DNA of 64,000 bases from Mobula hypostoma (lineage: Eukaryota), in NCBI RefSeq assembly GCF_963921235.1, contig NC_086097.1, positions 69,504,001-69,568,000 of the forward strand. The letters are read 5' to 3'. Below are positions 14,100 through 26,586 of this stretch, piece by piece. Each line of letters starts with the position of its first letter. Positions within the stretch are counted from its first letter, which is position 1. The notes beneath the pieces were generated by a model, which did no database searches, had not been told where the DNA came from, and was given only the letters and a program-made list of their open reading frames with translations. The translations under genes and the position numbers were made by a program.

Positions 14100-15539
14100 G
14101 TAAAAATGTTGATATTCATAATTTTTGCTTAAATGTTGGCAATTGTATAAACTTAGTTGATAATGTCCCGGAAGAAAAACAGCTTTGAATTAGAACTTAA
14201 TGATTCAAATCACAATTTTAATCAAGGCACTCCTGATTTGGTTTTTAAACTATTAACTGTTTGTGTAACATAGAGTTACTGTTTTAGTAGTTAGGGTTTA
14301 AGTCATGCAACTTATTAGTGGAATTGTCACAAGTATTCCAATAAAATGTTGAAAGTTTTAAAACAGAATTTTCATTTGATTTTATTTTCATTTGAGGTTT
14401 TGCTGCTTTTAAGATGGGATATTGTGATCATTTCAGTGCTTTTCATACAGAACTGGTCTTGTGAGAGTTGTGTTGTTTTTCTTCACCATACTAAACTCAG
14501 ATTATGCTAATGTTATTTTGATACTGACTGCAAAATAAATTCCAAGAAAGCACTTGACAGAAGTGCTTGTCCTTTTCTCAGTGCTTTGTTGAACCACCTG
14601 GCAATTTAATTATGAAGAGTAAAGTGAGCCAGGTGTAGCTGAAATGCCTTGTCTTGCCATTGTAGAACACCAGAAACTGATGTGTTGGTGAAATACTTCT
14701 GTAACACCTCTTTATTTTTACTTTATCTATATTAATCTCATTTTAAATATTTACAATTACGTTACTTAAGAATTATTCAGTTCTTTGCTGTGTCCTTTAG
14801 CCACAATTTTGACTTGCCCTTGCAGTTGATTACCTTATCAAATCTTCTTGTCACTTAAAAGCACTGTCAGTTAATCTTTGGTGTAGGTACCAGTCTTTTG
14901 AAAAATGCAGTCTACCTGACTGCAAGTGCAAGTTGGTGAAATCCAATCCTGATCCAAAGATTCCCAATGTCGTCCTCAGACTTGAATTACAACTTACATC
15001 GCTGTGATTGCTTCAGAAGCATTCAGGCAATCTAATATTTCTATTTTCATCAAGTCATAAGATCCGCTTACAGTTGCTGAAGTCAAATCTCAGAACCTTC
15101 CTCGAGCTCTCGACATCACAGACGTGTTCGCTGTATTGCAGCAGAGAGCTATAGTATTTTTAAATTTTACTCCAGTGGACAAATGTTCTGTACTGAGATA
15201 TAAAAGCCGAAGAACTTGTTCTGATTCTTTCATTTGCTAGGTTCGTTAATCTGAGTTGACTCAAGCACCCTGAATTGGGTTATCAGTCTAAATTCTATTT
15301 ACTTATTCCTATATTGAAGACTTTTGGAAAATCCTACTCTGTTGAGAATAGGATTCATGATTGGCATTAAGCAGAAGCCAACATTGTTATGGCTTGCCAG
15401 AACAAGAATAGTGGAGGTTTCAAAAAGTTTCCAAAAGAAGAGAGGGCGTTCAATATGCTTTATAGAAATTTTAAGAGTCCATTATTACTTGCCCCCTATC
15501 TTGAAGAGGAGGTAAACAGAAGCACATGGAGTTTTCCAA

Positions 15540-16925
15540 TAGATATATGATGAGGCTTACTGAGAATGCCCAGCACTGCCTCTGTTTCCTTAGAAGTTTG
15601 GGATGATTCGGCATGACATCTAAAACTTTGACCAACTTCTGCAGATGTGTGGTGGAGAGTTTATTGACTGGTTGCATCTGATATAGAAACACCAATGTCC
15701 TTGAACCATCAGACTCGTGAACCAGTGGGGATAACTTCACTTGCTCCATCATTGAACTGTTCCCACAACTTGTAGACTCACTTTCAAGAGCTTTTCATCT
15801 CATGTTGTTGATATTTATTGTTTATTTATCACAAGCCCGAGAAAGTCTGCAGATGCTGGAAATCCAAAGCAGCACACACACAATGCTGGAAGAACTCAGG
15901 AGGTCAGGCAGCATTTATAGAAATGAATAGATAGCCGATGTTTCAGGCCGAGTCCCTTCATCAGGATTGGAAAGGAAGGGGGAAGATGCCTGAATAAAAA
16001 GGTGGGGGAAGGGAGTGGAAAGAAGCTAGCTGGATGATGATAGGTGATGCCAGATGAGTGGGAAAGGTCAAGGGCAGGAGAAGAAAGAATCTGATAGGAG
16101 AGTGGGCAATAGGAGAAAGGGAAGGAAAAGGGAAGCTGGGGGTAGTATTAGGCAGATGAGAAGAAGTAAAAGGTCAGAGTGGGGAAAAGAGGAAGAGGTG
16201 GGGAGGATGAGGGAAATATGTTCACCAGAAGGAGAAATCGATATTCATGCCATCAGGTTGGAGAGTACCCAAGACGCAATATAAGGTGTTGCTCCTCCAC
16301 CCTGAGGGTGCCCTCATCTTGGCAGAAGAGGAGGCCATGGATGGACACGTCGGAATTAAAATTTTCGGCCACTGGGAAGTCGCACTTGTGGCGGATGGTG
16401 CAGAGATGTTCTCCTCCACCCCCTTTGCTCCCCACTCTGACCTTTCACTTCTTCTCACCTGCCGATTACTTCTTCCTTTTCTCCTATTGTCCACTCTCCT
16501 CTCCTATTGGATTCTTTCTTCTCCTGCCTTTGACCTTTGCCACCCACCTGGCTTCATCTATCACCATTCAGCTAGCCTCTTTCCCCTTCCCCCCCCCGCA
16601 ACTTTTTACTGAGGCATCTTCCTTTCCAGGTCTGAAGAAGGGATTTGGCCTGAAACAGCGACTGTTTATTCATTTCCATTGATGCCACCTGACCTGCTGA
16701 TTTCCTCCAGCATTTTGTGTGTGTTATTTGTTTATTTATTTCCTTTTGTATTTGCACAGTTTGTTTTTTGCACGTTGGTTATTTGTCCACCCTGGTGGGT
16801 GTGGTTTTTCATTGATTCTATTGTGGTTCTTGGATTTACTGAGTGTGCCTGAAAGAAAATGAATCATGGTTGTTAATGATGACGTGTCTGTACTTTGATA
16901 ATAAAATTACTTTGAATTTTGAACA
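15540..16925 (+). mobile_element. Rex1/Babar-type 3' fragment split by a Penelope fold-back insertion at 15830-16727
   Basis: LCFLRSLG.FGMTSKTLTNFCRCVVES motif at 15580-15660; tail ataataaaattactttgaattttgaac near 16900. Confidence 0.65.
15830..16727. mobile_element. Penelope-like fold-back insertion (minus arm with GIY-YIG C-terminal remnant plus inverted plus arm)
   Basis: ORF 16253..16435 resembles ORF 54889..55119; inverted termini; degenerate hammerhead motifs at 15932-15969 (-) and 16627-16664 (+); ttgtttatttat on both flanks. Confidence 0.75.
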
Positions 16926-17554
16926 TTTTGGTTAATCTAATATGAAGAAAATTAACTATTTGTATCAGAACACAAGTCACATTTTTCTGGAATGATGAGT
17001 TTAAAAGTATTGTGCTTAACTGCAGTGTAAGCGTTCTCCGTCATTTAAGCTTCATCTCTCAGCATGATTGGCTTACTTGAAAGTAGTTTGATAAAGAAGT
17101 CGGGAATAAAGAGAAAAAAACAAAGGCAGATATGATACCAACTAAGATTCACTAAACTGATGATAAGTGAAATTCAGAACTAGCTCTGGGAATTTGTTTT
17201 GTTAGTTTACTGGTTGCATCAGTGTTTAATTATTTAATTTTCTGTCTGATTTGTGTAGTGTAACTGAAGCCGAAGCTAAATGAAGTTTTTTCTCACCATG
17301 TGTTCACTCAATACAGTAATCTGTCTAGTCTCACAGTGGTGCTTTGTGTTGAACAGAATGATTTAATCATCACAAAAGTTAGATTTTATATTTAGGAGCA
17401 CTGATTCTGTTAAGTTATGAGATTCTTGTCTGAATAATGAATTGGAATTTATCTAATCAGATATCATTTCTATTCATTTTTCTCTTAACCTACTAATTCT
17501 GAGAATCTCTCATCAAAATATTAATCAAACAGTAATTTATTCCATCTTCTATGA

Positions 17555-17812
<258 letters not shown>

Positions 17813-18076
17813 TAAAGCAACTACTCTTTCTTACTGGAGAAACTTCTCTTTCTTAATAGACTTCTACATAGAAAATATGCATGTGCATATTCTCAGGGGA
17901 AAAAAGTTCCATTTCAAATAAATGTCATTTATGGAACTCCAGTGCATAGAATTTTGGTAAGTATGTTACTTAAATACTGGAACAACAAGAATTCTGCAGA
18001 TGCTGGAAATTCAAGCAACACACACCAAAGTTGCTGGTGAACGCAGCAGGCCAGGCAGCATCTCTAGGAAGAGGTA

Positions 18077-18114
18077 CAGTCGACGTTTTAGGCCGAGACC
18101 CTTCGTCAGGACTA
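18077..18114 (-). ncRNA. Hammerhead motif copy with core GAAA mutated to AAAA (likely inactive)
   Basis: reverse complement reads tagtcCTGACGAagggtctcggcctAAAAcGTCgactg. Confidence 0.6.
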
Positions 18115-18860
18115 ACTGAAGGAAGAGTTAGTAAGAGATTTGAAAGTGGGAGGGGGAGGGGGAGGGGGAGAGGGAGATCCAAAATGATAGGAGAAGACAA
18201 GAGGGGGAGGGATGGAGCCAAGAGCTGGACAGGTGATTGGCAAAGGGGATATGAGAGGATCATGGGATAGGAGGCCCGGGGAGAAAGACGGGCGGGGGGG
18301 GCGGAGGGAAACCAGTGGATGGGCAAGGGGTATATTCAGAGGGACAGAGGGAGAAAAAGGAGAGTGAGAAAAAGAATGTCTGTATAAAAATAAATAATGG
18401 ATGGGGTACGAGGGGGAGGTGGGGCATTAGCGGAAGTTAGAGAAGTCGATGTTCATGCCATCAGATTGGAGATTCCTTATATTCCTTATATTCCGTCTGG
18501 GTAGTACAACACCTTATATTCCATCTGGGTAGCCTCCAACCTGATGGCATGAACATCGACTTCCGCTAATGCCCCACCTCCCCCTCGTACCCCATCCATT
18601 ATTTATTTTTATACACACATTCTTTCTCTCCCTCTCCTTTTTCTCCTTCTGTCCCTCTGACTATACCCCTTGCCCATCCACTGGTTCCCCCCCACCCGTC
18701 TTTCTCCCTGGACCTCCTGTCCCATGATCCTCTCATATCCCCTTTGCCAATCACCTGTCCAGCTCTTGGTTCCATCCCTCCCCCTCCTGTCTTCTCCTAT
18801 CATTTTGTATCTCCCCCTCCCCCTCCCACTTTCAAATCTCTTACTAACTCTTCCTTCAGT

Positions 18861-18898
18861 TAGTCCTGACGAAGGGCCTCGGCCTGAAACGTCGACTG
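18861..18898 (+). ncRNA. Minimal type-I hammerhead ribozyme motif (Penelope-associated), intact core
   Basis: tagtc-CTGACGA-agggcctcggcct-GAAA-c-GTC-gactg: stem I tagtc/gactg, stem II hairpin, palindromic ACGT stem III; predicted cleavage after C18893. Confidence 0.75.
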
Positions 18899-19338
18899 TA
18901 CCTCTTCCTAGAGATGCTGCCTGGCCTGCTGCGTTCATCAGCAATTTTGATGTGTGTTACTTAAATACTGGATTATCTTACAGCAGATAAATTGATGCTT
19001 GAGAAGCTTTTGGGCAAAATTTCCACAAAAAATATGGAAAAAATCTAGTAAAAATGCAACATTTAATGTTTTTTAGGGGTTTGTGTATTTCGATATCTAT
19101 GACACAGTATGCTTTCTTGCTTTAAAATTGTTATACCAAAGGTATAAGAAAATTGGTCAAAGGGAATCAAGGAGAAATTGGGATTGTATCTATCAGATGG
19201 GTTCAGGGAAAAATAAATACTCTTTTAGAGTGAGGATAGAAGTAAAAAGGTGGGAATCAAAAAGTACAAGAAGGAGACCACAGAGTAATTCACAAATAAA
19301 ACACAGATGGAAAAATTCAGAAGATGTTTTACTCAGAC

Positions 19339-19943
19339 GGTTGATGGTTGGGTTGAGTTGCTCTCCAGTGTTGGCAATTTACTTGCAAACATTTTGTCTC
19401 CATGTGAGGAGGCATCGTCAGTGTGCTCTTGAATGTGGTGTGTGCTCCGAATACTTGGCCTTTATATACTTTTCAATCAACTGATTGGACATCATTTCGG
19501 AAACTCAATTGTGGAGTAGGGAGGAAATCTTGTTGCTGATTGGCTGTGTGGTGAACTTTGTGCGTTGTAATCTGTAGTTTTACCTGCAACAGCTCATAAA
19601 TAGGATCGAGGTCTGTGTGTTTGCTTACAGAATTGTTTGCAGAACACCATGCTTATGGGAATTCTCTTGCATGCCAAGCCATGACTTTCACTGAGGATTA
19701 GCAAAATTTGTGCCCCTCTCAATCTTCATGGGTGGAGGATAGGGAGAGTTGGTCATGGCACTTTACGTTTAGTTGATGTTCATGGATCCTTGTGGGCAGC
19801 TTTCTCCCAATTTGGCCAATGTAATATTTGCTGAAGTCCCTGCACTGGATTTTGTAGACCACATTGGTCTTATCTAAGGCTTGATTGGTGACGAAATGTT
19901 TGCAAGTAAATTGCCAAAATCAGAGAACAACTCAACTCAGCCT
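19339..19943 (-). mobile_element. Second Penelope-like family: GIY-YIG remnant plus 3' end, with a short inverted terminal copy
   Basis: minus strand 19812-19871 reads KTNVVYKIQCRDFSKYYIGQ; degenerate hammerhead at 19385-19426 (-); 19885-19943 is an inverted copy of 19345-19402. Confidence 0.75.
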
Positions 19944-20228
19944 TAAAGCACAGATTTCAGTTGGGAATATTGGAAATCATAAACCAACATTGATCGTTGA
20001 GGAAGGTGGGGCTTGGATGATTTTCAGAATGGAGGATATAAGATCAGCAAAATGTGCATTGAGTGGATGAGCTTTGACGGGGATGTTTTAGGGAATATGT
20101 TAAGAATGGAGTATTGCGAGCAGCAGAGGGATCTTTTAGAAAAGAGATAAGAGATAAATGTGTAGATCCAAGCTTGAGAGGGAGAAAACTCGCAAGGGAG
20201 GTGTTAACATCTGAGGATAGAGGAAAAT

Positions 20229-21470
20229 AATCAGAATCAGGTTTATTATCACCAACATGTGTTGTGAAATTTGTTAACTTAGCAGCAGCAGTACAGTGCA
20301 GTTCATGATAATATAGGAAGTATGTTTATTTATATTAAATAGTTAAATAAAAATAAGTAATGCAAAAACAGAAATTGAATAAAAGTAGTGAGGTAGTGTT
20401 CATGGGTTCAATATCCATTTAGGAATCGTATGGCAGAGTGCAAGAAGCTGTTCCTGAATCGCTGAGTGTGTGCCTTCAGGCTTCTGTACCTCTTTCCTGA
20501 TGGTAACAATGAGAAGAGGACATGACCCAGGAGATGGGGTTCCTTAATAATGGACTCCAGCTTTCTGAGGCACCACTCCTTGAAGATGTCTTGGATACCA
20601 TGGCGGCTTGTACCCAAGATAGAGCTGACTAATTTTACAACTTTCTGTAGCTTCCTTCTGTCTTGTGCAGTAGCTTCCCCCCACCCCCATGCCCTCACAC
20701 GAGATAGTGATGCAGCTTGCTAGAATGCTCTTCACAGGACATCTATAGAAGCTTTCGGTGACAAATCAAATCTCTTCAAACTCCTAATGAAATATAGCCG
20801 TTGTCTTGCCTCCTTTATAGCAACATTGATATCTTGGGACCAGGTTAGATCCTCAGGGATCTTGACAGCCAGGAACTTGAAGCTGCTTACTCTCTCCACT
20901 TCTGATACTTCTCTGAGGATTGGTTCGTGTTCCCCCATCTTCCCCTTCCTGAAATCTACAATCAGCTCTTTTGTCTTATCGACATTGTGTGCAAGGTTGT
21001 TGCTGCGACACCACTCCACTAGCTGATATATCTTGCTCCTATACGCCCTCTCATCTCCATCTGAGATTCTACTAACAATGGATGTATCATCAGCAAATCT
21101 AGAGATGGTATTTGAGCTATACTTTGCCACACAGTCATGGGTATAGAGGGACTAGAGCAGTGGGCTAAGCACACACCCCCTGAGGTGCACCAGTGTTGAT
21201 CGTCAGCAAGGAAAAGCTATCACCAGTCCGGATAGGAAGTCGAGGATCCAATTGCAGAGGGAGGTACAGAGGCCTAGGTTATGTAGCTTACCAAGCAGGA
21301 CTGTAGGAATGATGGTGTTAAACGCTAAGCTATAGTCAACAAACAGCATCCTGACATGGGTGTTTGTATTGTCCAGCTGATCTAAGGCTGCATGAAGAGC
21401 CATTGAGATTGGTTCTTCCAAAGGCCTATTGTGGTGATAGGCAAATTGAAGTGGGTCCAGGAGAAACATG
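20229..21470 (-). mobile_element. Rex1/Babar-type LINE, 5'-truncated and decayed
   Basis: ORFs 21203..21469 (LDPLQFAY), 20732..21130 (RFADD), 20408..20698; same tail as the 58987 copy. Confidence 0.85.
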
Positions 21471-22319
21471 AGTTTTGTTTTGTATCCTGGGGGAAAGAAG
21501 TCTATAGCTCAAAGCTGCTATGTGTGTTGAGGGTGGTGGGGCATGAGAGGAATCCAGTTGCTTTGACAAAGTAAAGGGACGCCCAGTGAAAATTGATGTG
21601 GTCAATTTTGAATTGGCTGTGGATAGGTATGCTAGTTTTGTGCTAGGTTACAGTCAGGTTTGTGTGGCTCTGGTCTAAGAATGCAGATCTTTTGCCTTGT
21701 CAGCAAAAACTCTCAGTTGTGTGAATGCTGGGGATGAGAACTGACACAAAAATATAGGTTGAATAAAGGTACGGCAGCAAACATCTGGTAATAAAAGACA
21801 TTATTCTGAAAGAGTTTTATCAGTCCCTTTGTGGTGTTTCTTCTCTCATTGTTGGTCCTGAATCTGACATCAACAAAATAATACTTATTATTATAAAATA
21901 ATCACCAATTGCAAAATGTACTTGTTTTCAAAAATATCAACTGTTGAATCTGTGGAACAAATTGCTTTACATCTCTACCATTTAGAGGCTCAGTGTGGTC
22001 TGTGCGTGGAAATACTACCAAATGGATGACCTGTTAAGTTTGTAGTTGATCTTTCATTGTTGGTCAAAATCTGCATTTGCCAACCTAGCAGTATTGTTTA
22101 TGGAAGTATCTTATCCATGAAGATTCCCAGAAAGCGGCTGACCCTCACTACTTCAAAAGGGAAGGGTGTTAGGTGTTTCCCTTGCCAATGTTGTTCTAAT
22201 TCTTCAAATAAATTTTTGTTATTATGGTGGGTGATAATGAATCTATCCTCCAACAGGAACTACAGATTTTAGTTGGGAGTAAAAGCCACATTTGTATTTG
22301 CTTAAATGATAGTGAGAGA

Positions 22320-22775
22320 TGGCTTAGCACTAAGCCCGGTGGAACCATTTCTACTGACAGAAGAGGCAAAGGCAGGTTACTGATGCCTTGTAAATCAGTA
22401 GCTTTGGGTATGTGGGGCTTGTCAGCAATGGTTGGCAGCTCATCTAGGAGAAGAAAAACTCTGATCTCAAGTATCCGCTGCCTTGCAGCTGTACCCATTC
22501 ATGGGGAAGACTTGGGGAGTAAACCCCAAGAGAAAATCCGGAGCTGGAGACCCTAACGCAGTCCTACTTTGAGTTCAAAGCAGACTGACAAATTCTGCGA
22601 TGCCACTGGTGCCAAACTGTATTCGCCTCTGCTGTTCCTTTGGATTCATCAGCTGCACAGAAATGGGGAGTCTGCTACATAGGCAACAGCTGGTTCTCTA
22701 TTACGTACTGCTTACATATCATAAGCAGCTAGGACGCAACTTCCATGATTGATCCCAAAAAACGGAGGGCTTCAT
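22320..22775. repeat. Unclassified ~500-bp interspersed repeat, copy 2 (inverted relative to 9830-10370)
   Basis: e.g. cagtcctactttgagttca vs tgaactcaacataggactg; ctggtgccaaactgta vs tacaatttggcaccag. Confidence 0.65.
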
Positions 22776-22875
22776 GGAATTGTTTTGTGACCAAAGTTGA
22801 GCCATTTATTAACTTCAGTTGGGTAAGTCTGTTGGTGGAAGGAGGCTAAGATGTGATAAGAATGAAAGAAAATAA

Positions 22876-23079
<204 letters not shown>

Positions 23080-23925
23080 TAGCTTGACTATACAGTGACT
23101 TTATTTTTCCATTTGACAAAACAATTGACAAGCATTCACATTTCAACAGTGACTGTGAGCCACAGAGGTTAAGATGGCACATTCAAATCTTGGTAAGTGG
23201 GAATAAGGGAAAGGAAACAGGTTAAGCATTACCTGGTGCTTAACTATGAGGACTACTAAATAGTCAAGCAGTGGGTTATCAGAGTTTTACTCATGCAGAC
23301 CCAGGAGAACCTGCAAGCATTGATTTATTTCATTGGGTAGTTTAAACAAATGTGATAAATGGATTTTTTCAACAGACCTTGCGTTGATTATCATTCTCCG
23401 TGCTTTTATTAATTCTTCAGTTATATATTATCTGGCTTTCATTGCTGCTGTTTATAATATTGGAAAGGATGCAATCTATATTCATGACTTTGTAAAGTAA
23501 CAGTTTAATAATTTCAAAAATTCAGACTTCAATAACTGCACTCTATATGTTGATCATTTATGCCAATAAACAAGTTGCAAAGTGAAATAAATCTGATTAA
23601 ATTTTGAAGTAAAATTCAGGTTAAAATGGGCATGTATTTTATTGGATTCAGGCATCATTACAAATTTGTCTTACTTTGTCATTTTTTTCCTCTGTGCTAT
23701 TACTATCCTTCTCTGTTATCCATAAGTGATTGTCTTCAAGTTAGACCGTTACAATAAATGTTTGACCCTGGTGTTATTTAGGCTAAACATTGACAATCAT
23801 ATTCAAAATTCTCATTACACTATTTAAAACTAAGATAACTGGGTAATAATCAGTAATGGAAACCAGGAAGAATTTTCTATCAGTCTTGATGTCAAGGCAT
23901 GGTATTGCTCCAATTCATTTAGACA

Positions 23926-24742
23926 CAGTGATACCCCGTTATAACGCAATCATTTGGTCCATAAAATGTCATCGCGAAAAATGCGGGGTCGCACTAAATC
24001 AGGGTTCAAGAAAATCAGCGTTCAAACTGACCCAATGTTGACCTAACATCTTAAAACACCCCTACTTTCGCCCTATTTGACCCGTTTTTTGCACGTTTTA
24101 CCTTCTGGCAGGGCTTTGGGTTCTAGCTTTTGCTTACGCAAATGAACGCAGACGGCAGGGACAAAAGTTTTGTGAAACCAATCCTCAAAGATGACACTCG
24201 TCATCCAAGCATTGCTGCTGTGCGTGTACTTGAATGGTAACTACTTCATGTTGACATGGTGGAAACAGTGGGGTGAGCGAGATTTACCAATCATGAGCAG
24301 TTTTAACTTGTGTTCCAATCCTGTTTACACAAAACAACAACGTCATGCAATCTTTGCGTTGCTTGAACCCCTCACGTCGGTGGGCATCATCTTTTCTAGC
24401 CCGTGTACAGCCTGGGATCATCTTGTAGCAGAGGCCTGTTTGTCACAGTTGTACACTTATTCTTCCACGTAGCCATCTTCTTCTAAGAGAGTTTTTAGTT
24501 CAGCCGGGTATTCGCTGATGGCGGCACTGTCGGCTGTGTGAATTTCTCCTGATACTAACACTTGAGAAATTCGGTGACGGCGTTTAAACCAGTCTAGCCA
24601 TCCATTGCTAGCTTTGAACTGTGAGGTTTCTCCATTGATCTGCTTGTCAAACTTCCTGGAGAAGCGGGAGTATGGATTGACATGGACATGAATAAACATG
24701 GAGTCCAATGACTCATCGCGTTAAATCGCGGGGGTTTCACTG
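23926..24742 (-). mobile_element. Internally deleted Tigger/pogo-type DNA transposon
   Basis: TIRs cagtgataccccg / cgcgggggtttcactg followed by TA; ORF 24457..24708 FKASNGWLDWFKRRH is a CENP-B/Tc5-type DNA-binding domain fragment. Confidence 0.82.
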
Positions 24743-25402
24743 TAATTTAATTTGTATCTGATTTCTCAAAACTGATAGAAGAGTCACAGAAGGTCTGCAG
24801 TGAAAGACAAACTATTGCATATGTTTACTGTTGATAGTATTGGCCCACTATAACTTTCTACCTCTCATCAGCAGACTAGGCTTGGATCTTTCTTCAGCTC
24901 ATGTAAATAAATCTGGGACAGCTGGGTGGAATTTTGCACAAGCCTGTGTAATTTAGTAAAATGTGACTGCAGAGGAGAATCTCATTTGTTGAGGTTCACC
25001 TTAGTAGATTTAAGCATTCTGAACTTTTTTTTTCTAATTCCTGTGAAATTAGAAAAGTTGAAATTGATTAAAAATGTAAATATTTAACATTTCCTAATAA
25101 AGACTTCAGCACTTATTCTTCTCTTGAGATGAGTCATTGGGTTTGTTTGAAGTGAAAATTTGATTTTCGGCTCACTTCATTTATCTTGTTATTTGTATAG
25201 AGTAAGCCTTGGTGTGAATAAATATCTTGATTCTGGTAATGTTTCTAGAATATTCTGAAGCAAAAGATTTCAACTGTTTCATGTCAATATGTTTACAATT
25301 TGAATACATGTGAAAGCTTTGATTTAAGTCATCGTGAAGATGAGCATTTTTCTGTTGCCAGCTATTTCTTAATTTGAGATTCCTTCTTATGCTTTGTTGT
25401 AG

Positions 25403-25579
<177 letters not shown>

Positions 25580-25759
25580 TAATGTATTTATTCAGCCTTT
25601 CACAGGAAAACTTCAGGGAACACTCTCACAACTTGTGAGATGGTGATTGTAGTTATTGATAGTTATTAGATATTGTAGTGTTGAACTTCGAGCGCAACTT
25701 CTTACAATGCATAAAAGTGATTAAAGAAGTCATTTGCTACAAACCAAAAGAGGAAAATA

Positions 25760-26363
25760 AAACAAACTCTGGAAGAAGTCACCAGGTCAAGCAGCATCTT
25801 CTGAGGCAAAGGGATGGTCAATATTTCAGGTTTTGACCCTGTGTCAAGACTGAGAGGATAGAGGGAAGATAGCCAATGAGTGGGAGGGTTGAGACAGAGA
25901 CTGGTAGATATTGAGTGAACCCAGATTGGGGAGGAGGGATGATGGAGCTGTGGGGAGGGGGAGATGGGAGTACTGAGATAGAGGCTGACAGATGGAGTGA
26001 TGATGGGCAGATGTAACCCACTCCCCTGAGTTCCTTTCCCACTTTCACCAGCCCCTCCCAAGGTCTCTCTCTCTCTTTGTTCACCTTTTCTATCTCTTCC
26101 TCCGCCTGCTCTTGTCACCTGGACTCTTCACTCTCCCCCGTCTGGTTCTCTTTGCCCATTATCTGTTAGCAGCCTCAATCACATCCCTCCCTCTCACTTC
26201 TATATGCTAGCTATCTTTTCTCTACATTCCTAGTCCTGATACAGGGCTTTCAACCTGAATTGCTGACCATCCCACTGTCTCTACAGGTGCTGCTTGACCT
26301 TCTGAGTTCTTCCCTTAGTTTATTATTCACTTCAGATTCCTGCTTCTACATTCTTTTGTGTTT
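25760..26363. mobile_element. Old Penelope-like fold-back insertion with 16-bp flanking direct repeat
   Basis: inverted degenerate termini; ccaaaagaggaaaata (25744-25759) and ccaaaagaagaaaata (26364-26379). Confidence 0.65.
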
Positions 26364-26527
26364 CCAAAAGAAGAAAATACCTGTGGATTGTCATGACAGG
26401 ATAGTGATGCACACTTTCTAGTGATATGTTGCATAGTTGGATCAAGGATACAAGAATAGGAGCATTTTCTCTGCTCTTTTGTATGGTGTTTGAATTAGGT
26501 CATAATAAATAGGTCTTGAATAAATAA

Positions 26528-26586
26528 TTGTAATTTTCATAAACTATCACACATAAATATTGTGTGATAGTTTATGAAAATTACAA
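26528..26586. repeat. Perfect inverted repeat, 26-bp arms and 7-nt loop
   Basis: ttgtaattttcataaactatcacaca-taaatat-tgtgtgatagtttatgaaaattacaa. Confidence 0.95.

Larger units (their letters stand above)
17982..18954. mobile_element. Young Penelope-like fold-back insertion with ~430-bp inverted arms and an 18-bp direct repeat at the ends
   Basis: arms ~18015-18470 and ~18530-18957 are near-identical reverse complements (mirror ORFs 17970/18670 and 18031/18609); tgttacttaaatactgga at 17964-17981 and 18955-18972. Confidence 0.88.

Noticed and set aside
14780..15290. Transposon-free, moderately complex intronic stretch as a conserved element or ncRNA
   Set aside because: No motif, structure or recognisable peptide; conservation cannot be judged without alignment
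17970..18990. Duplicated 'protein' ORFs (MPIHWFP..., M..NAAGQAASLGRG...)
   Set aside because: Low-complexity readings of the two inverted non-coding Penelope arms
24457..24708. TIGD/JRK-like host gene
   Set aside because: Short fragment within TIRs and terminated by a stop codon
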